This document shows, piece by piece, positions 26,096 to 39,772 of a stretch of 64,000 nt of DNA. Source of the DNA: Octopus bimaculoides. Taxonomy: Eukaryota. The notes under the pieces are model-generated. The model was not told the origin of the DNA and ran no database searches. It was given only the letters and a program-made list of their open reading frames with translations. The position numbers and the translations under genes were made by a program. The stretch is taken from assembly GCF_001194135.2 (NCBI RefSeq), contig NC_068982.1:52526325-52590324 (forward strand), read 5' to 3'. Within the stretch, counting starts at the first letter, position 1. Every line of letters starts with the position of its first letter.

Positions 26096-26998
26096 TGAAC
26101 GTGCCAACAAAAAAAAAAAAAAAGGCCTCGGTGTGGTCGGGAACTTCAGTACACACAGGTCCTAGGCCTACTTGGGTTTACTTTTCTTTTATTATGCCCT
26201 TTGTTGTGTGTTGTTATGCGCACGATCTCCTGGTCCATCAAAAAATTGTCTTGCATTGAACCAGATCGTGTTGCAAAAGAAAAAACTGGACATCGCTGCA
26301 TTACCAAAACTTCCATACTGATGGAGGACAAAGGGAGAACAGGAAACACTGACATATTGATTGCAGCGGTTGAAGCAACACAACATGACATTAAATTATT
26401 CTCGGACCGGAGGCATGGCCTGGATGCTTGCAATCATTTGGCCTTTGCTAAATACATCTAAGGTCTCTACTAACCAGTGAACTTCTGCGTAGTTACACTC
26501 TATCTAAATTTTCAGTTTTACGATTTTGATCGATGTATAACTATTTCAGATGACACTCAAGGTGCTTGGCATTAGGATCGAACTCTTAATCATATCGCCT
26601 TGGATTAAGAGAAATTGAAGTTGTGTAAAGTCCATGTGTTGAAAGAGTTGAGTGTTAAATGAATTCTATTTGACTCACAAAAAGGAATAATTTCTCATTC
26701 AACAGTAATGCTCTTCTGAAAAATACATCCTATTCGACTATTTCATTCGTATGAGGTACATTAAAGTCTATGCATACATACATATATATTCTTTTGCATG
26801 ATTCGATCAAGCTGGAGCAGCCCTTAAAGGGTTTTAGTCGAAGAAATTAACCCCAGTACTTATTCTTTGTAAGCCTAGTATTTATTCTATCGGTGTCTTT
26901 TGTTGAAATGCTAGGATACGGGGGCGTAAATACACCAACGTCAGTTGTCAAACGATGGTAGGGGACAAATATCGACTCAAAGACACACGCACACATAA

Positions 26999-27034
<36 letters not shown>

Positions 27035-29054
27035 NNNNNNNNNNNNNNNNNNNNNNNNNNNNNNNNNNNNNNNNNNNNNNNNNNNNNNNNNNNNNNNNNN
27101 NNNNNNNNNNNNNNNNNNNNNNNNNNNNNNNNNNNNNNNNNNNNNNNNNNNNNNNNNNNNNNNNNNNNNNNNNNNNNNNNNNNNNNNNNNNNNNNNNNNN
27201 NNNNNNNNNNNNNNNNNNNNNNNNNNNNNNNNNNNNNNNNNNACACACACACACACACACAGAGATGTCCTTGCCTTCGAAACGTGGAGTAGATGGAGCA
27301 GGGACAACTGAAGAAGGGTAATATTCTTTATGTTGCATGTCTCGTTTCTCTGTTTTTTTCGTTGTTCGGAAAAAAAGTTCGTTTTCTATCTTCGCCTTTA
27401 TGTTTTCGTTTCTCATTGTGTTTAACGTTCTTTGTGATATCCTGTACCCATATATGCATGTATGTATACATATAGATGTAGGTATGTACATATATGTATG
27501 GATATATGCATATAATTATATATCATTTATGTTATATGGACTAAGCGGAGCAAGAGCACACACGAGGACGGAAAGTGCCGGTGAAGAAGTTACAGATATG
27601 TGACGAGAGATTTCCGGACAATGGACATGAGTTAGAATAAGAACATTTATAAACGAGTGAAGAAAGAATATATAGTCCGTGTGTTTATTTGGCAAAAAAA
27701 AAAAAAAAAATGACCGTCCCGAAATACAACAATATATATATTTTATGTAAATTCTTATAGTTTGCTCATATATATATATNNNNNNNNNNNNNNNNNNNNN
27801 NNNNNNNNNNNNNNNNNNNNNNNNNNNNNNNNNNNNNNNNNNNNNNNNNNNNNNNNNNNNNNNNNNNNNNNNNNNNNNNNNNNNNNNNNNNNNNNNNNNN
27901 NNNNNNNNNNNNNNNNNNNNNNNNNNNNNNNNNNNNNNNNNNNNNNNNNNNNNNNNNNNNNNNNNNNNNNNNNNNNNNNNNNNNNNNNNNNNNNNNNNNN
28001 NNNNNNNNNNNNNNNNNNNNNNNNNNNNNNNNNNNNNNNNNNNNNNNNNNNNNNNNNNNNNNNNNNNNNNNNNNNNNNNNNNNNNNNNNNNNNNNNNNNN
28101 NNNNNNNNNNNNNNNNNNNNNNNNNNNNNNNNNNNNNNNNNNNNNNNNNNNNNNNNNNNNNNNNNNNNNNNNNNNNNNNNNNNNNNNNNNNNNNNNNNNN
28201 NNNNNNNNNNNNNNNNNNNNNNNNNNNNNNNNNNNNNNNNNNNNNNNNNNNNNNNNNNNNNNNNNNNNNNNNNNNNNNNNNNNNNNNNNNNNNNNNNNNN
28301 NNNNNNNNNNTATATATATATATATATATATATCTACATATATGCATGTATATGTGTGTATGTCTGTGTGTTAAATTCCTATCCATACTACTGTCTCATG
28401 TTCTGAACCATAAATCTGAAAACCATTCCCATGTCCGCTCGATCACTATTAAAAAGATTCTTATTTATCGAAATCCGGTTTCGATTCCTGGTTGGAGTCA
28501 TTTCATTTCACCTACACCGGCCTAACGGTTCTCGAGCTTTAAATCCATGAACACCTCAATCTCATTCGTCACATACTACCTCAGTTGTCACTAACCTCAT
28601 AACATGTAAAAATTCTTCGAGTAAAAGTTGAAGCCTCGATATGGTCGAACGACTTGTTAGAAACAGCAGCTAAATGCCTTTCAAATTATACTCTGGAAGG
28701 GGAATATTGGTAATATAAGCCCTGTATACAATGAAAGATTGAACAACGTTGATCGTTGATTTACTTCATTAGGTGTGATCCCACGGGAAACAACTACCTC
28801 AACAAATAAAGACTTGTATAATTTCTTTTGTATCTTTGCATTTCCTTCCTTCCCTTTTCTTTCTTTTGTTATTTCTTTTACATTTTTGCCCGTTTTATCT
28901 TTCTGGTTTTGCGCCTAAGTTGTTCGTCCTTTTCCAAGCTTGTTTCTTTAGCCTTTTTCTTTTACTTTCCTTCTTTTCCACCTCCTAATTTATCGTTCAT
29001 CTCTTGTTTTTCTTCGTCTTTCATTCTTTTGCTCATTCTTCTCACCTCTTTATT

Positions 29055-29085
<31 letters not shown>

Positions 29086-29351
29086 CTTTTTCTTTTTTAC
29101 TTTAATCTTTCTAATCGTCATTCTCTCATTTCTTTCTTTCTATATCTTCTTTTACGCATACATTCACTTTTTCACTTCTTCCTCCTTTTTTTCTCACTGC
29201 GAAGCACAGTTTGGCTGGGAATCATGTTGCTATAGCAACATGTCTGGCGCTGCTATCAAAACAAACGAAACTTGTGTATAGTTGCAATCACTGTTCATAG
29301 AATGTCGAATCGAAGCGTTGGTCGGTCATGTGAAAGGAAACCACTCCCTAA

Positions 29352-29385
<34 letters not shown>

Positions 29386-29799
29386 NNNNNNNNNNNNNNN
29401 NNNNNNNNNNNNNNNNNNNNNNNNNNNNNNNNNNNNNNNNNNNNNNNNNNNNNNNNNNNNNNNNNNNNNNNNNNNNNNNNNNNATATATATATATATATA
29501 TACATTCATGTATGCATCTATGTAGTCATCTACGCAGTTCTCTCCCTCCCTTCGCCTCTCTGTCTCTCTCGCTTGCTTTCTATTTACTTTTTAGTCACTG
29601 GTTCTGTTGTGGTCGTCGTTGATGGAAATAGTCATCGCAGCCGTCACACCACCAGAGCCATCACAAACACCAACACCACTACAAAAAGTATTACCGGTAA
29701 CGTTAATAACCATGCTGCCTGCTGCTACTGTTGCTGCTGTTACTGTTGCTTCCGCTGCTGCTGTCACTGTTACTACTACAACAACACTATAATGATGAT

Positions 29800-30212
29800 C
29801 CTTTCTACTGTGGACACTAGGTCTGAAATTTTTTGGGGGAAGGGGGAGTAGTCGATTACAATCGATTCCAGTGTTTCACTGGTACTTAATTTATTGACCT
29901 CGACAGGATGAAAAGCAAAGTCGACCCTGTCGGATTTTTGAACTCAAAACGTAAAGATGGACGAAATACCGCTAAGCATTTCGCCCAACGTGCTAATGAC
30001 TCTATCAGCTCACCATCTTATTAAATAATAATAATAATAATAATAGTAATAATAATAATAATAATAATAACATACAGAAAATTGCACTACTGGGCACTGC
30101 ACACTTTCAATACAGTAACCATAAGAGCATCACAACAAACCACAGCACATACCCAAGGCACAAAGAGCTGCGCTCGGTAGTGAAGTGAAAGTACGTTATA
30201 AAAATAAAACTA

Positions 30213-30281
<69 letters not shown>

Positions 30282-31752
30282 CCTTTCTACTAAAGGCACA
30301 AGGCCTGAAATTTAGGGGGAGGAATTAAATCGATTACGTCGGCCCCAGTACTCAACTGGAAATTAATTTATTGACCCCGAAAAGATGAAAGGCAAAGTCG
30401 ACCTGGACGGAATTTAAATTCAGAACATAGCGACGGGTGAAATACAGTTAAGAATTTCGTCCTGCGTGCTAACAATTCTGGACACAAGGCCAGCAATTTT
30501 GAGGGGAGGCGCCAAAACATTGCACCCAGTATGTCAATGACACTTTATTTGATCGACCCTGAAAGGATGAAAAGCAAAGTTGACCATGACAGTATTTGAA
30601 TTCAGAACATAAAGAGCTGGAATAAGCATTTTGCAACGTGACTCAATGATCTTGTCAGCTCACCACCTTAAAAAATCCTTTGTACCATAGGCACAAGACT
30701 TGACATTTGTGGGGAGTGGGGTAGTCGAATATGTCGATCTCAGTTCTTAACTGATATTTATTTCATTGATCTCAAGTGTATGAAAGGCAAAGTCGATCTC
30801 GGCAAAATTTTAATTAAAACCCTAAAGATGGAAGAAATGCCGCTTAGCATTTTGTCCGGCGTGCTAGTGATTCGGCCACTTTGCCACCTTAATAATAGTT
30901 CTTTCAAATTTTTGTACGAGGTCATTAATTTTAGGGTGGGGGAAAGGTAAGTTGATTACATCAATCTCTAGTGCTCAATAGGTACTTATTTTATCGAACT
31001 CCTGAGGATGGCGTTTGAACTGAGAACGTAAAGAGCCGAATGTAATGCTGCCAAGCATTTTGTCTGATGTGGTAACGATTCTGCCAACTCGTTGCCTTAA
31101 AATACTTTTGGAAGGACTCCTCCGGAAGAAAAGAAAGAAAAAAATGGGTAAATTAATTATTATTTCTTTATTTGCCACAACAAGCAAAGATGAGAGGACT
31201 GGACAAAAACAGTTTTGGTTCGCAAAGAATAAAGAGTATATATAGAAAATATGCTTGATGAAAAAAGACACCCTTATAAAACAAGAAATAAAATTATATT
31301 TTCCTACCGAGGGATTCCCATCTAGGGCCAAATAAAACCCCACAAATGCTGGTTTCAAAGGCCAGCAATTTCGGGGGAGAAGATAAGCCGATGACATCGA
31401 ATACCAGTGTTCAACTGGTAGTTATTATATCGACCCCCGAAAGGACGTAAGACATAATTGACCTCGGCGGAATTTGAACTCAGGACGTACAGACGGATGA
31501 AATGAAATGTCACTATGCATTTTATCCGGCGTGCTAACGATTCATTTCTACTCCAGGCACAAGGCCCGAAATTTTTGGGGAGGGGGCCAGTCGATTAGAT
31601 CGACACCAGTACGCAACTTGTACTTAATTTATCGACTTCGAAAGGATGAAAGGCAAAGTCGACCTCGGCCGAGTTTGAACTCAGAACGTAGCGGCAGACG
31701 AAATACCACTACGCATTTCGCCCGGCGTGCTAACGTTTCTGCCGGCTCGCAG
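29800..31752 (-). mobile_element. Head-to-tail array of about 7 SINE A copies
   Basis: Units near 29800, 30280, 30481, 30675, 30895, 31345, 31545, all in one orientation and diverged from each other. Confidence 0.85.
30070..30280 (+). mobile_element. R4/Dong-like extreme 3' end inside (AAT)n
   Basis: Matches 42805-42985 (catacagaaaat...gagctgcgctc...actactgaataat). Confidence 0.8.
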
Positions 31753-32589
31753 CCTTGCCAAATAGTAATATCAATACTACCACCANNNNNNNNNNNNNNN
31801 NNNNNNNNNNNNNNNNNNNNNNNNNNNNNNNNNNNNNNNNNNNNNNNNNNNNNNNNNNNNNNNNNNNNNNNNNNNNNNNNNNNNNNNNNNNNNNNNNNNN
31901 NNNNNNNNNNNNNNNNNNNNNNNNNNNNNNNNNNNNNNNNNNNNNNNNNNNNNNNNNNNNNNNNNNNNNNNNNNNNNNNNNNNNNNNNNNNNNNNNNNNN
32001 NNNNNNNNNNNNNNNNNNNNNNNNNNNNNNNNNNNNNNNNNNNNNNNNNNNNNNNNNNNNNNNNNNNCAGCAGCAACAACAACAACAACAAAAATAACAC
32101 CAGTACCGGCTTTACTAGCTTCCACTGCTTCCGATGTAAGCCACACCCATCTCTATCGTCATCATCATCCTCACCACCGCCGCCGCCAGCAGCAGCAGCA
32201 GCAGCACCACCACCACCACCACCACCACCACCATTACCAATGCCTTAACAACAACAACAACAAAAAACCGTCAACTATACTATCACTAACAACTGTTATT
32301 ATTACAATCTTTTTCTATTCACTGCTGTAACCACCATTGTTTTATCGCTGTCTTATTGTTTACAGTAGTAGCAGCAATTGCAGTACTAGCACCACCAACA
32401 CCACCACCACCACCAATTGTGCCGCTACCAACACCTCCACCATGCATAAATATCCTTACCAACATCGTTCTTATCACCGAAGCTGAAATTCTGTCATTAT
32501 ACTATTCACATTGCAATAGACACAGCAATGCCAACAATAACAAGAACATCAAAGACAAGACGGACAGTAGCAAAGAGAGCTACAACTGC

Positions 32590-32639
<50 letters not shown>

Positions 32640-32642
<3 letters not shown>

Positions 32643-33138
32643 TCCTTTCTATAAAAATCACAAGGCTTGAAATTTGGTGGGTGGGTAGGGGGTGGGGGGT
32701 AAATCGATTATATCGACCTCAGTGTCCCGCTGGTGCTTAATTTATCGACCCCCGAAAGGATGAAAGGGGAAGTCGACCTCGGTGGAATTTGAACTCAGAA
32801 CGTAACGACGGTCGAAATACCACTAACCCCTTTTGCCCGGCGTTTTAACGATTCTGCTACATGTGCGTGCGTGTGTGTTTCGTTTTGCTCTTGTCGCAAA
32901 TATTACTATTATTATTATTATTAGGCGAACTGGCAGAGTTGTTAGCACGACGGGCGAAATGCTTAGCAGTATTTCGTCTGTCTTCAAGTTCTGAGTTCAA
33001 ATTCCGCCGTGGTTGAATTTACCTTTCATCTTTTCGGGGGTTCAGTAAAATAAGTAAGTACCAGTTTAGTTCTTGGGTCGATGTAATCGACTAACCCTCT
33101 CCACCACAATTTTAGGCTTTGTGCTTACAATAGAAATG

Positions 33139-33140
<2 letters not shown>
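32640..33140. mobile_element. Inverted (head-to-head) pair of SINE A copies
   Basis: 32640-32856 on minus, 32924-33140 on plus. Confidence 0.85.
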
Positions 33141-33177
<37 letters not shown>

Positions 33178-33178
33178 G

Positions 33179-33716
33179 AGTGAGAGAGTTAGTACATGCT
33201 ATCAAAGTGACACTGGGGTAAAATAAACAAAGCCAAGTATACCCATCATGACTACCCGTCTGATAAGAGTACACCAGGCACATGCATCACAACCATATGT
33301 ACGCAACACAGTGATCTCATATCAAGATAAACAACGCATGACATTGCCGGTTGGGCCCAGTTAGAATCTTCTACAGGTCAAGCAGCCCATCCCGCTCAAA
33401 ATTACCCTGAATAAGGGTTGTTTAAGGATGTTGAACGAAACACCCATGTTTCCAGATGTGAATTATCCAAACACCAAATAATTCCTCTCAGCATACGGCT
33501 ATAATGCCCCCTCACTTCTCCTGCTCGTGATCAGAGATGCACTTATCGTCAGCCACTAAGGGACATGCTCAACTGGTTAAGGTCAAACAACTGACAAAGC
33601 AAACCTGTGGTATTGAGCAGAATATTTGCTGTAGCCCATCTTTTTATACCAAGTCAAAACAATCAGTTAAGATCAGAAGCCATGAGAGTCACTGCCTGGT
33701 ACTGCATCAGGGCATT
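33179..33716. repeat. Unclassified ~540-bp segment embedded in (ATT)n
   Basis: Flanked by (ATT)n at 33138-33178 and 33717-33788; no recognisable ORF. Confidence 0.4.
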
Positions 33717-33724
33717 TATTATTA

Positions 33725-33782
<58 letters not shown>

Positions 33783-35464
33783 TATTATAGCGACAAGAAC
33801 AAAACAGAATGAACAGCAGAAAACAGCAATAGAAATAATGATAATAGCTATTATAGGGGCAACTACACGACGATATTAGCAACACCGGAAATTGCAACAA
33901 TAGAAGTGGCAGTAAATATAATAACAGTAATAATGAAACAAGGAAGAGGTTCTAAATGGTAGTGAAACCTTCACAAAATAGAAACTGAATCTTCATCTTA
34001 GAAAAGAGGAAGGACACATTGGGGGTGGTCACGGCTAGAACGCATTTGATCATGGATTGCTCGATCAGGGCTGATCTCAGGCTGAACTGTAACAATAGAC
34101 GCAACTAGCCAATGATGGAGTAGCTATGTGTGAATTGAAAATTGTAGTCCTAGATACATATACGTACGAGAGAAAGAGAGAGAGAGAGAGAGAAAGAGAG
34201 ACGGAGAGGCGGAGAGAGAGAAAGAGTAAGAGAAAGAGGGAGAGAGGGAGGAAGGGAAGGAAAGAAAAAGAGAGTGAAGAACTGGTCAAGGATAGAATAC
34301 TTTTCATCATAAGCTTGCCCGATCAGATGTGACCGAGCCTTCAACAGCACAGGAACAGAAATAATGGCTTCACTTACATCAATTAAGAGCAGCACAAGCA
34401 GAAGCCAGAACAACAATTATATAAGCAGCAGTAGAAGCAGCCACAGCAGCCACAGCAGCAACAGCGTCAAAAAACAAACAAAAGCAGCAGTCAAACTGTT
34501 AGTGACAGTAACAGCAACAACAACAACAACAGCAACAACACGAATAGCTACAAATACAACAATAACAACAGCAGCAGCAGCAACAACAGGAGCAGCAACA
34601 GCAGCAGCAGCAGTAGTAAAAGTGTGGCTCTATGGAAAGAGGTTTGCTTCCAAACCGCATGGTTCCGGTANNNNNNNNNNNNNNNNNNNNNNNNNNNNNN
34701 NNNNNNNNNNNNNNNNNNNNNNNNNNNNNNNNNNNNNNNNNNNNNNNNNNNNNNNNNNNNNNNNNNNNNNNNNNNNNNNNNNNNNNNNNNNNNNNNNNNN
34801 NNNNNNNNNNNNNNNNNNNNNNNNNNNNNNNNNNNNNNNNNNNNNNNNNNNNNNNNNNNNNNNNNNNNNNNNNNNNNNNNNNNNNNNNNNNNNNNNNNNN
34901 NNNNNNNNNNNNNNNNNNNNNNNNNNNNNNNNNNNNNNNNNNNNNNNNNNNNNNNNNNNNNNNNNNNNNNNNNNNNNNNNNNNNNNNNNNNNNNNNNNNN
35001 NNNNNNNNNNNNNNNNNNNNNNNNNNNNNNNNNNNNNNNNNNNNNNNNNNNNNNNNNNNNNNNNNNNNNNNNNNNNTATATATATATATGTATGTATGTA
35101 TGTATGTATGGCATGGACTCTCCCGACGTCAGAGGGTTCGGCAATTTCTTGCCGAGCAACCACACAGATGATTTGTTTATAGAGATCGTATGTTTGTGTA
35201 CGCATAAGCTCACTCCCTCCATCAAATCGACATGACCTGTATAGGTGCACCGTGTGCATACGTGTGCGACCATACCTGTACAGGTGCACCGCGTGCCACC
35301 GAGTACCACCGTGTGTCACATGATGAAATTATCGCAGAGCAACGTGAAACGAAGTGCTATGCTCAGAAACACAACGCAACGTCCGGTCTCGCAATTATGA
35401 GTGCAACACCCTAACCACTAAACCATGCGCCTCACATGCGCCTTCACATGCATATATATATATA

Positions 35465-35660
35465 TAATGTAACCTCGTGGGCATCGGTACCATTTTCCTC
35501 TTTCTCCGTTCTTCCATTCTCCGAACTTTCCATCTTTCAGACGAAGGGCTACGCCCGAAACGTCATACACTCTCTCTTTCCTTTCCTGAGCGTCCAATAA
35601 TACTATCCATATCACGTCCTCACTTTGTTGTTTTTTTGTTTTTTTGTTATTGTTTTTTTT
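35465..35660 (+). mobile_element. Penelope-like terminal repeat fragment with degenerate hammerhead
   Basis: CAGACGA-A-GGGC-tac-GCCC-GAAA-CGTC at 35538-35564; downstream sequence resembles 51790-51880. Confidence 0.6.
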
Positions 35661-35661
35661 A

Positions 35662-35711
<50 letters not shown>

Positions 35712-35754
35712 GTATGTATGTGTGCGTGTGTGTATATATATATGTGTGTCTGTA

Positions 35755-35799
<45 letters not shown>

Positions 35800-36304
35800 A
35801 TGTATATATCTATATGTGTGTGTCATTGTGCCTGTGTTTGTCTCTCACCACCGTCTGATAATCGGTGATGGTGTATTTATATCCCCGAACTTAGCAATGT
35901 AGAAAAAGAGTCCGATAAAATAAATACCAGGCTTTAAAAAAATAAGTACTTGGAACGATTCGTTCGACTAAAATTCTTCAAGGTGGTGCTCCAGCATCGC
36001 CACAGTCTAATGACTGAAAAGGTAAAAAAAAAAATGAAAAAAAAACAGGTACACGAACAACAACTACAATAACAACGACAGTTTTAGCCTCAGCGACGTC
36101 ATCGCCAATAACAACAACAACAGCAACAGCTGCAACAGTAGAAACGAGAACAATAGAATCGACAACAATAGTCTTAACAGCAATGTACCAACAACAAAAT
36201 CAGTAATGGATCTCCAGCAGTTTCGGCGACGAGTATTCAGTTGTTGGTCGATCATTGAATTACGTGGTTAAGTAATCCAAAGACAAGTGTACTCTTAGCG
36301 TAAT

Positions 36305-38010
36305 CATTGGTTTCAAAATTTAGCACAAGGCCAGCAAGTTCGGAGAAGGGGGCTAGTCGATTACATCGATCTCGGTGCTCAACTGGTACATGTTCTATCG
36401 ACCCCGAAAAGGATGAAAGGCAAAGTCGATTCCGCAAGCATTTGAATTCAGAACGTAAAGATGGACAAAATGCCACTAAGCGTTTTACATGGACCCGGAA
36501 CCATGTGGTTGGTAAGCAAGCTACTTATCACACACCCACTCCCGTGCCTACTTGACTCTAAATTTATTTTATTGACCCTGAAGCAATGACAGTTGTAGTC
36601 GACCGGCAAAATTTTAACTTAGAATTTAACTAATCGGAAGAAATACCACAAGATATTTTGTCTGACCTTTTAACGATTCTGCCAGTTCACCACCTTAACA
36701 GCTTAGCAATAACAACGACATTGTGAAAAGTAAAACAACAATAGTGACGGCAGCAGCAGTAGCAGTAGCAGTAGCAGCCACAGTAAAAATAGCTTCAAAT
36801 TATGACACCAAGCCAGCAATTTTAGGGAACGGGAATAATACATCGACCTCAGTCCTAGACCGGTACTTTATTTTATCGACCTCGAAAGAATGAAAAGCAA
36901 AGCTGACATCAGTGGAAGTCGAATTTAGAGCATAAGGAGCCGGGAGAAACGCTATTGACTCTCTTGCGTCACTCAGGCCGATTGATCAGCCCAAGTGATA
37001 CAAGCTGAAAAGAGTTTGAGGCTGATCCCTCAACCCGATCAAACAAACGTTTTGAAGTGTAAAAGCCAATCAGAGATCGTCTTGCAGTAGATATAATATA
37101 AAATTATATAATACATATAGTTTTTACATACTAATAAAGTAGTTTTATGTACTTTATCCTTTGTTTTCTACATGCACCTATCAATTTTAATTTCAACAGA
37201 AAGTAAAAAAAAAAAAAACTTTTGGTCTTTTTGGCTTCACATACCAAAACACCGTGTGTCTCAAAAGGGTTAAGCATTTTCTCCGACGCACAAACAATTT
37301 TGTCAGCTCGCCGCCTTACCATATAATATGGTAACAGCAACTTCACAAGAACAACATATGTAGTTGATAGCTTCTAGCAGAGGCACAAAATCATAAAGTC
37401 GATGAAATAGCCACTACATGACTATAACTTTATATTATCGACTCAGGAAAGTGAAAGCAAAGTTGACATCGACGGGATTTGAACTTAAAACGTGGAGAGT
37501 CGTAACTAAATACAGCTTGGCATTTTGTCAAACGCTCTAACGGTTCGGTCAATCCATTGCTTAATAACAACAGTAATAAATCTTTTTACTATAGGCACAA
37601 GGCCTCAATGATTTCAAATTTCAGCACAAGGTCATCAGATTTTGCAGGAAAGACAAGTCGATAACATCGACCCAGTACTTTACTAGTACTTATTTTATAA
37701 AACCTGAAAGGATGAAAGGCAAAGTCAACCTCGGCGGAATTTGAGCTCAGAATGTCAAGACAGACGAAACGCCGCCGATCATTTTGTTCATTGTGCTTAA
37801 GGGCTCTGCCAGTTCACCGCCTTAATAATAGTTTCAAACTTTTGTACTAGGCCAGCAAGTTCAGGGAAGTGGGTAAGCCGATTACATCGACCCCAGGCAA
37901 AACTGATCTCAGAGCGATTTTTGACTGGTACTTTATTTTATTGAACAGGGATGAAAGGCAAAGTTGATCTTGGCGGAATTTATCAAAATATTTTTGCCTG
38001 AAGCTTTAAC
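36305..38010 (-). mobile_element. Cluster of about 6 SINE A copies
   Basis: Units near 36305, 36555, 36790, 37375, 37610, 37828. Confidence 0.75.
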
Positions 38011-38694
38011 GAACAAGTCAATCCTCAGCCTCTATCAACAGTAGTAATAACAATGAGAACAATGGCTGCAGTATTCAATGGAAGCAATCACATTACCACC
38101 AAAACAGTGATGAAAGCAACAAGAACCATTGTAATAAAATACAATAGCAGCAAAATATACCGCCTCAAAAGCAGCAGTAATACCCACAGCTGTTATAACT
38201 AATATTAGCAACCAGAACAGTTCAATTGCCAACAAGTGTTTTGGCAGGTGTGCGGGGTGAAAATTTTGTCTGCGACAACATATATGATTCTAGCTTCAGT
38301 GTTCCGTAGTATCTACATGAAAGACAGTACTACATTACACTCAAAAGATGTCGAGTTTCTGAATGCTAAACTTATTTTTCTATTATATATGATAAGTAAT
38401 CATAGTGATATTGTCAAGACATTAGAGCAATATACTAAATCACCTTACAGTATTTTGCCTCAAAGTTCTGCCCGTAGGTTCATAGTAAGTCTTGTGATGG
38501 TCAAATTTGAAGTCCCGAAATCTTTTTAATGTTAATCCCACACACAGTTGAGAAAGTGATAGAAAATGAAGGTGATGTAAGATAGAAAGAGAGATATATA
38601 AGTAGAGAAATAGATGAATAGATAACGATAGATAGATTCTTGTTCGCAGATTAGGAAAATACAGCTAAGGATTAACACGTACGTTGCGTTACAG

Positions 38695-38725
<31 letters not shown>

Positions 38726-38965
38726 TGCAAACAACTTGCAGATGCAAGTGCTACCAGTTGAAAGTTCCGCATACCGGATACTAGCAATCTATGGGGTCAT
38801 CAAGAGAGAATGCGGACCGTTTCGCGGCCTTCCGACAGCATCATTGTGTATCAGTCTTCCCACCCTGAAATGGGCCCAGCTTGCTAGATGAATTGGTTAT
38901 TAGGTTTCGCTCAATATTTTTCTAGTCATTGCTCATCGTCTCTTTTTTATACACATGTCCGTAGT

Positions 38966-39319
38966 GGAGGCGCAATGGCCCAGTGGTTAGGGCAGCGGAC
39001 TCACGGTCGTAGGATCGCGGTTTCGATTCCCAGAGTGTTTATTGACCGACAACACTTAAAGCTCCACGAGGTTCTGGTAGAAGGTGGTGGCGAACCAAGC
39101 AGTACGCTTTCTCTCACTCTTACTTTCTGTTTCTGTTGTGCCTGTAATTCAAAGGGTCAGCCTTGTCACACTCTGTGTCACGTTGAATCTCCCCGAGAAC
39201 TACGTTAAGGGTACACGTGTCTGTGGAGTGCTCAACCACTTGCACGTTAATTTCATGAGCAGGCTGTTCCGTTGATCGGACCAACTAGAACCCTCGTCGT
39301 CGTAACCGACGGAGTGCCA
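38966..39319 (+). mobile_element. SINE family B
   Basis: Matches 47373-47757 with small deletions. Confidence 0.9.
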
Positions 39320-39739
39320 CGGCATGTCCTTAACTGCGCACAAAAATTGAAAACGAACTGTTTTTAATTTCCAATTTTTTAAAATTTCCTCATTTTTGAC
39401 TTATAATTTTTGATATTTGATAAGATGGACATACACATCGAAACATTTGCCTTTTATGGATTCTTAACCCCTTGTCAAATATATATATNNNNNNNNNNNN
39501 NNNNNNNNNNNNNNNNNNNNNNNNNNNNNNNNNNNNNNNNNNNNNNNNNNNNNNNNNNNNNNNNNNNNNNNNNNNNNNNNNNNNNNNNNNNNNNNNNNNN
39601 NNNNNNNNNNNNNNNNNNNNNNNNNNNNNNNNNNNNNNNNNNNNNNNNNNNNNNNNNNNNNNNNNNNNNNNNNNNNNNNNNNNNNNNNNNNNATATATAT
39701 ATATATATGTATGTATATATATTTGTGCATGCATGCATG

Positions 39740-39772
<33 letters not shown>

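Noticed and set aside
26146-26461. Overlapping 64-95 aa ORFs in unique sequence
   Set aside because: No recognisable motif and weak splice signals.
27255-27345. ccttcgaaacgtg and ctgaagaagg hammerhead-like halves
   Set aside because: Wrong order for type I, cleavage triplet would be GUG, and the upstream part is lost in a gap.
38236-38529. 97-aa ORF and a minus-strand frame LTLKRFRDFKFDHHKTYY
   Set aside because: No homology recognised and no convincing acceptor.
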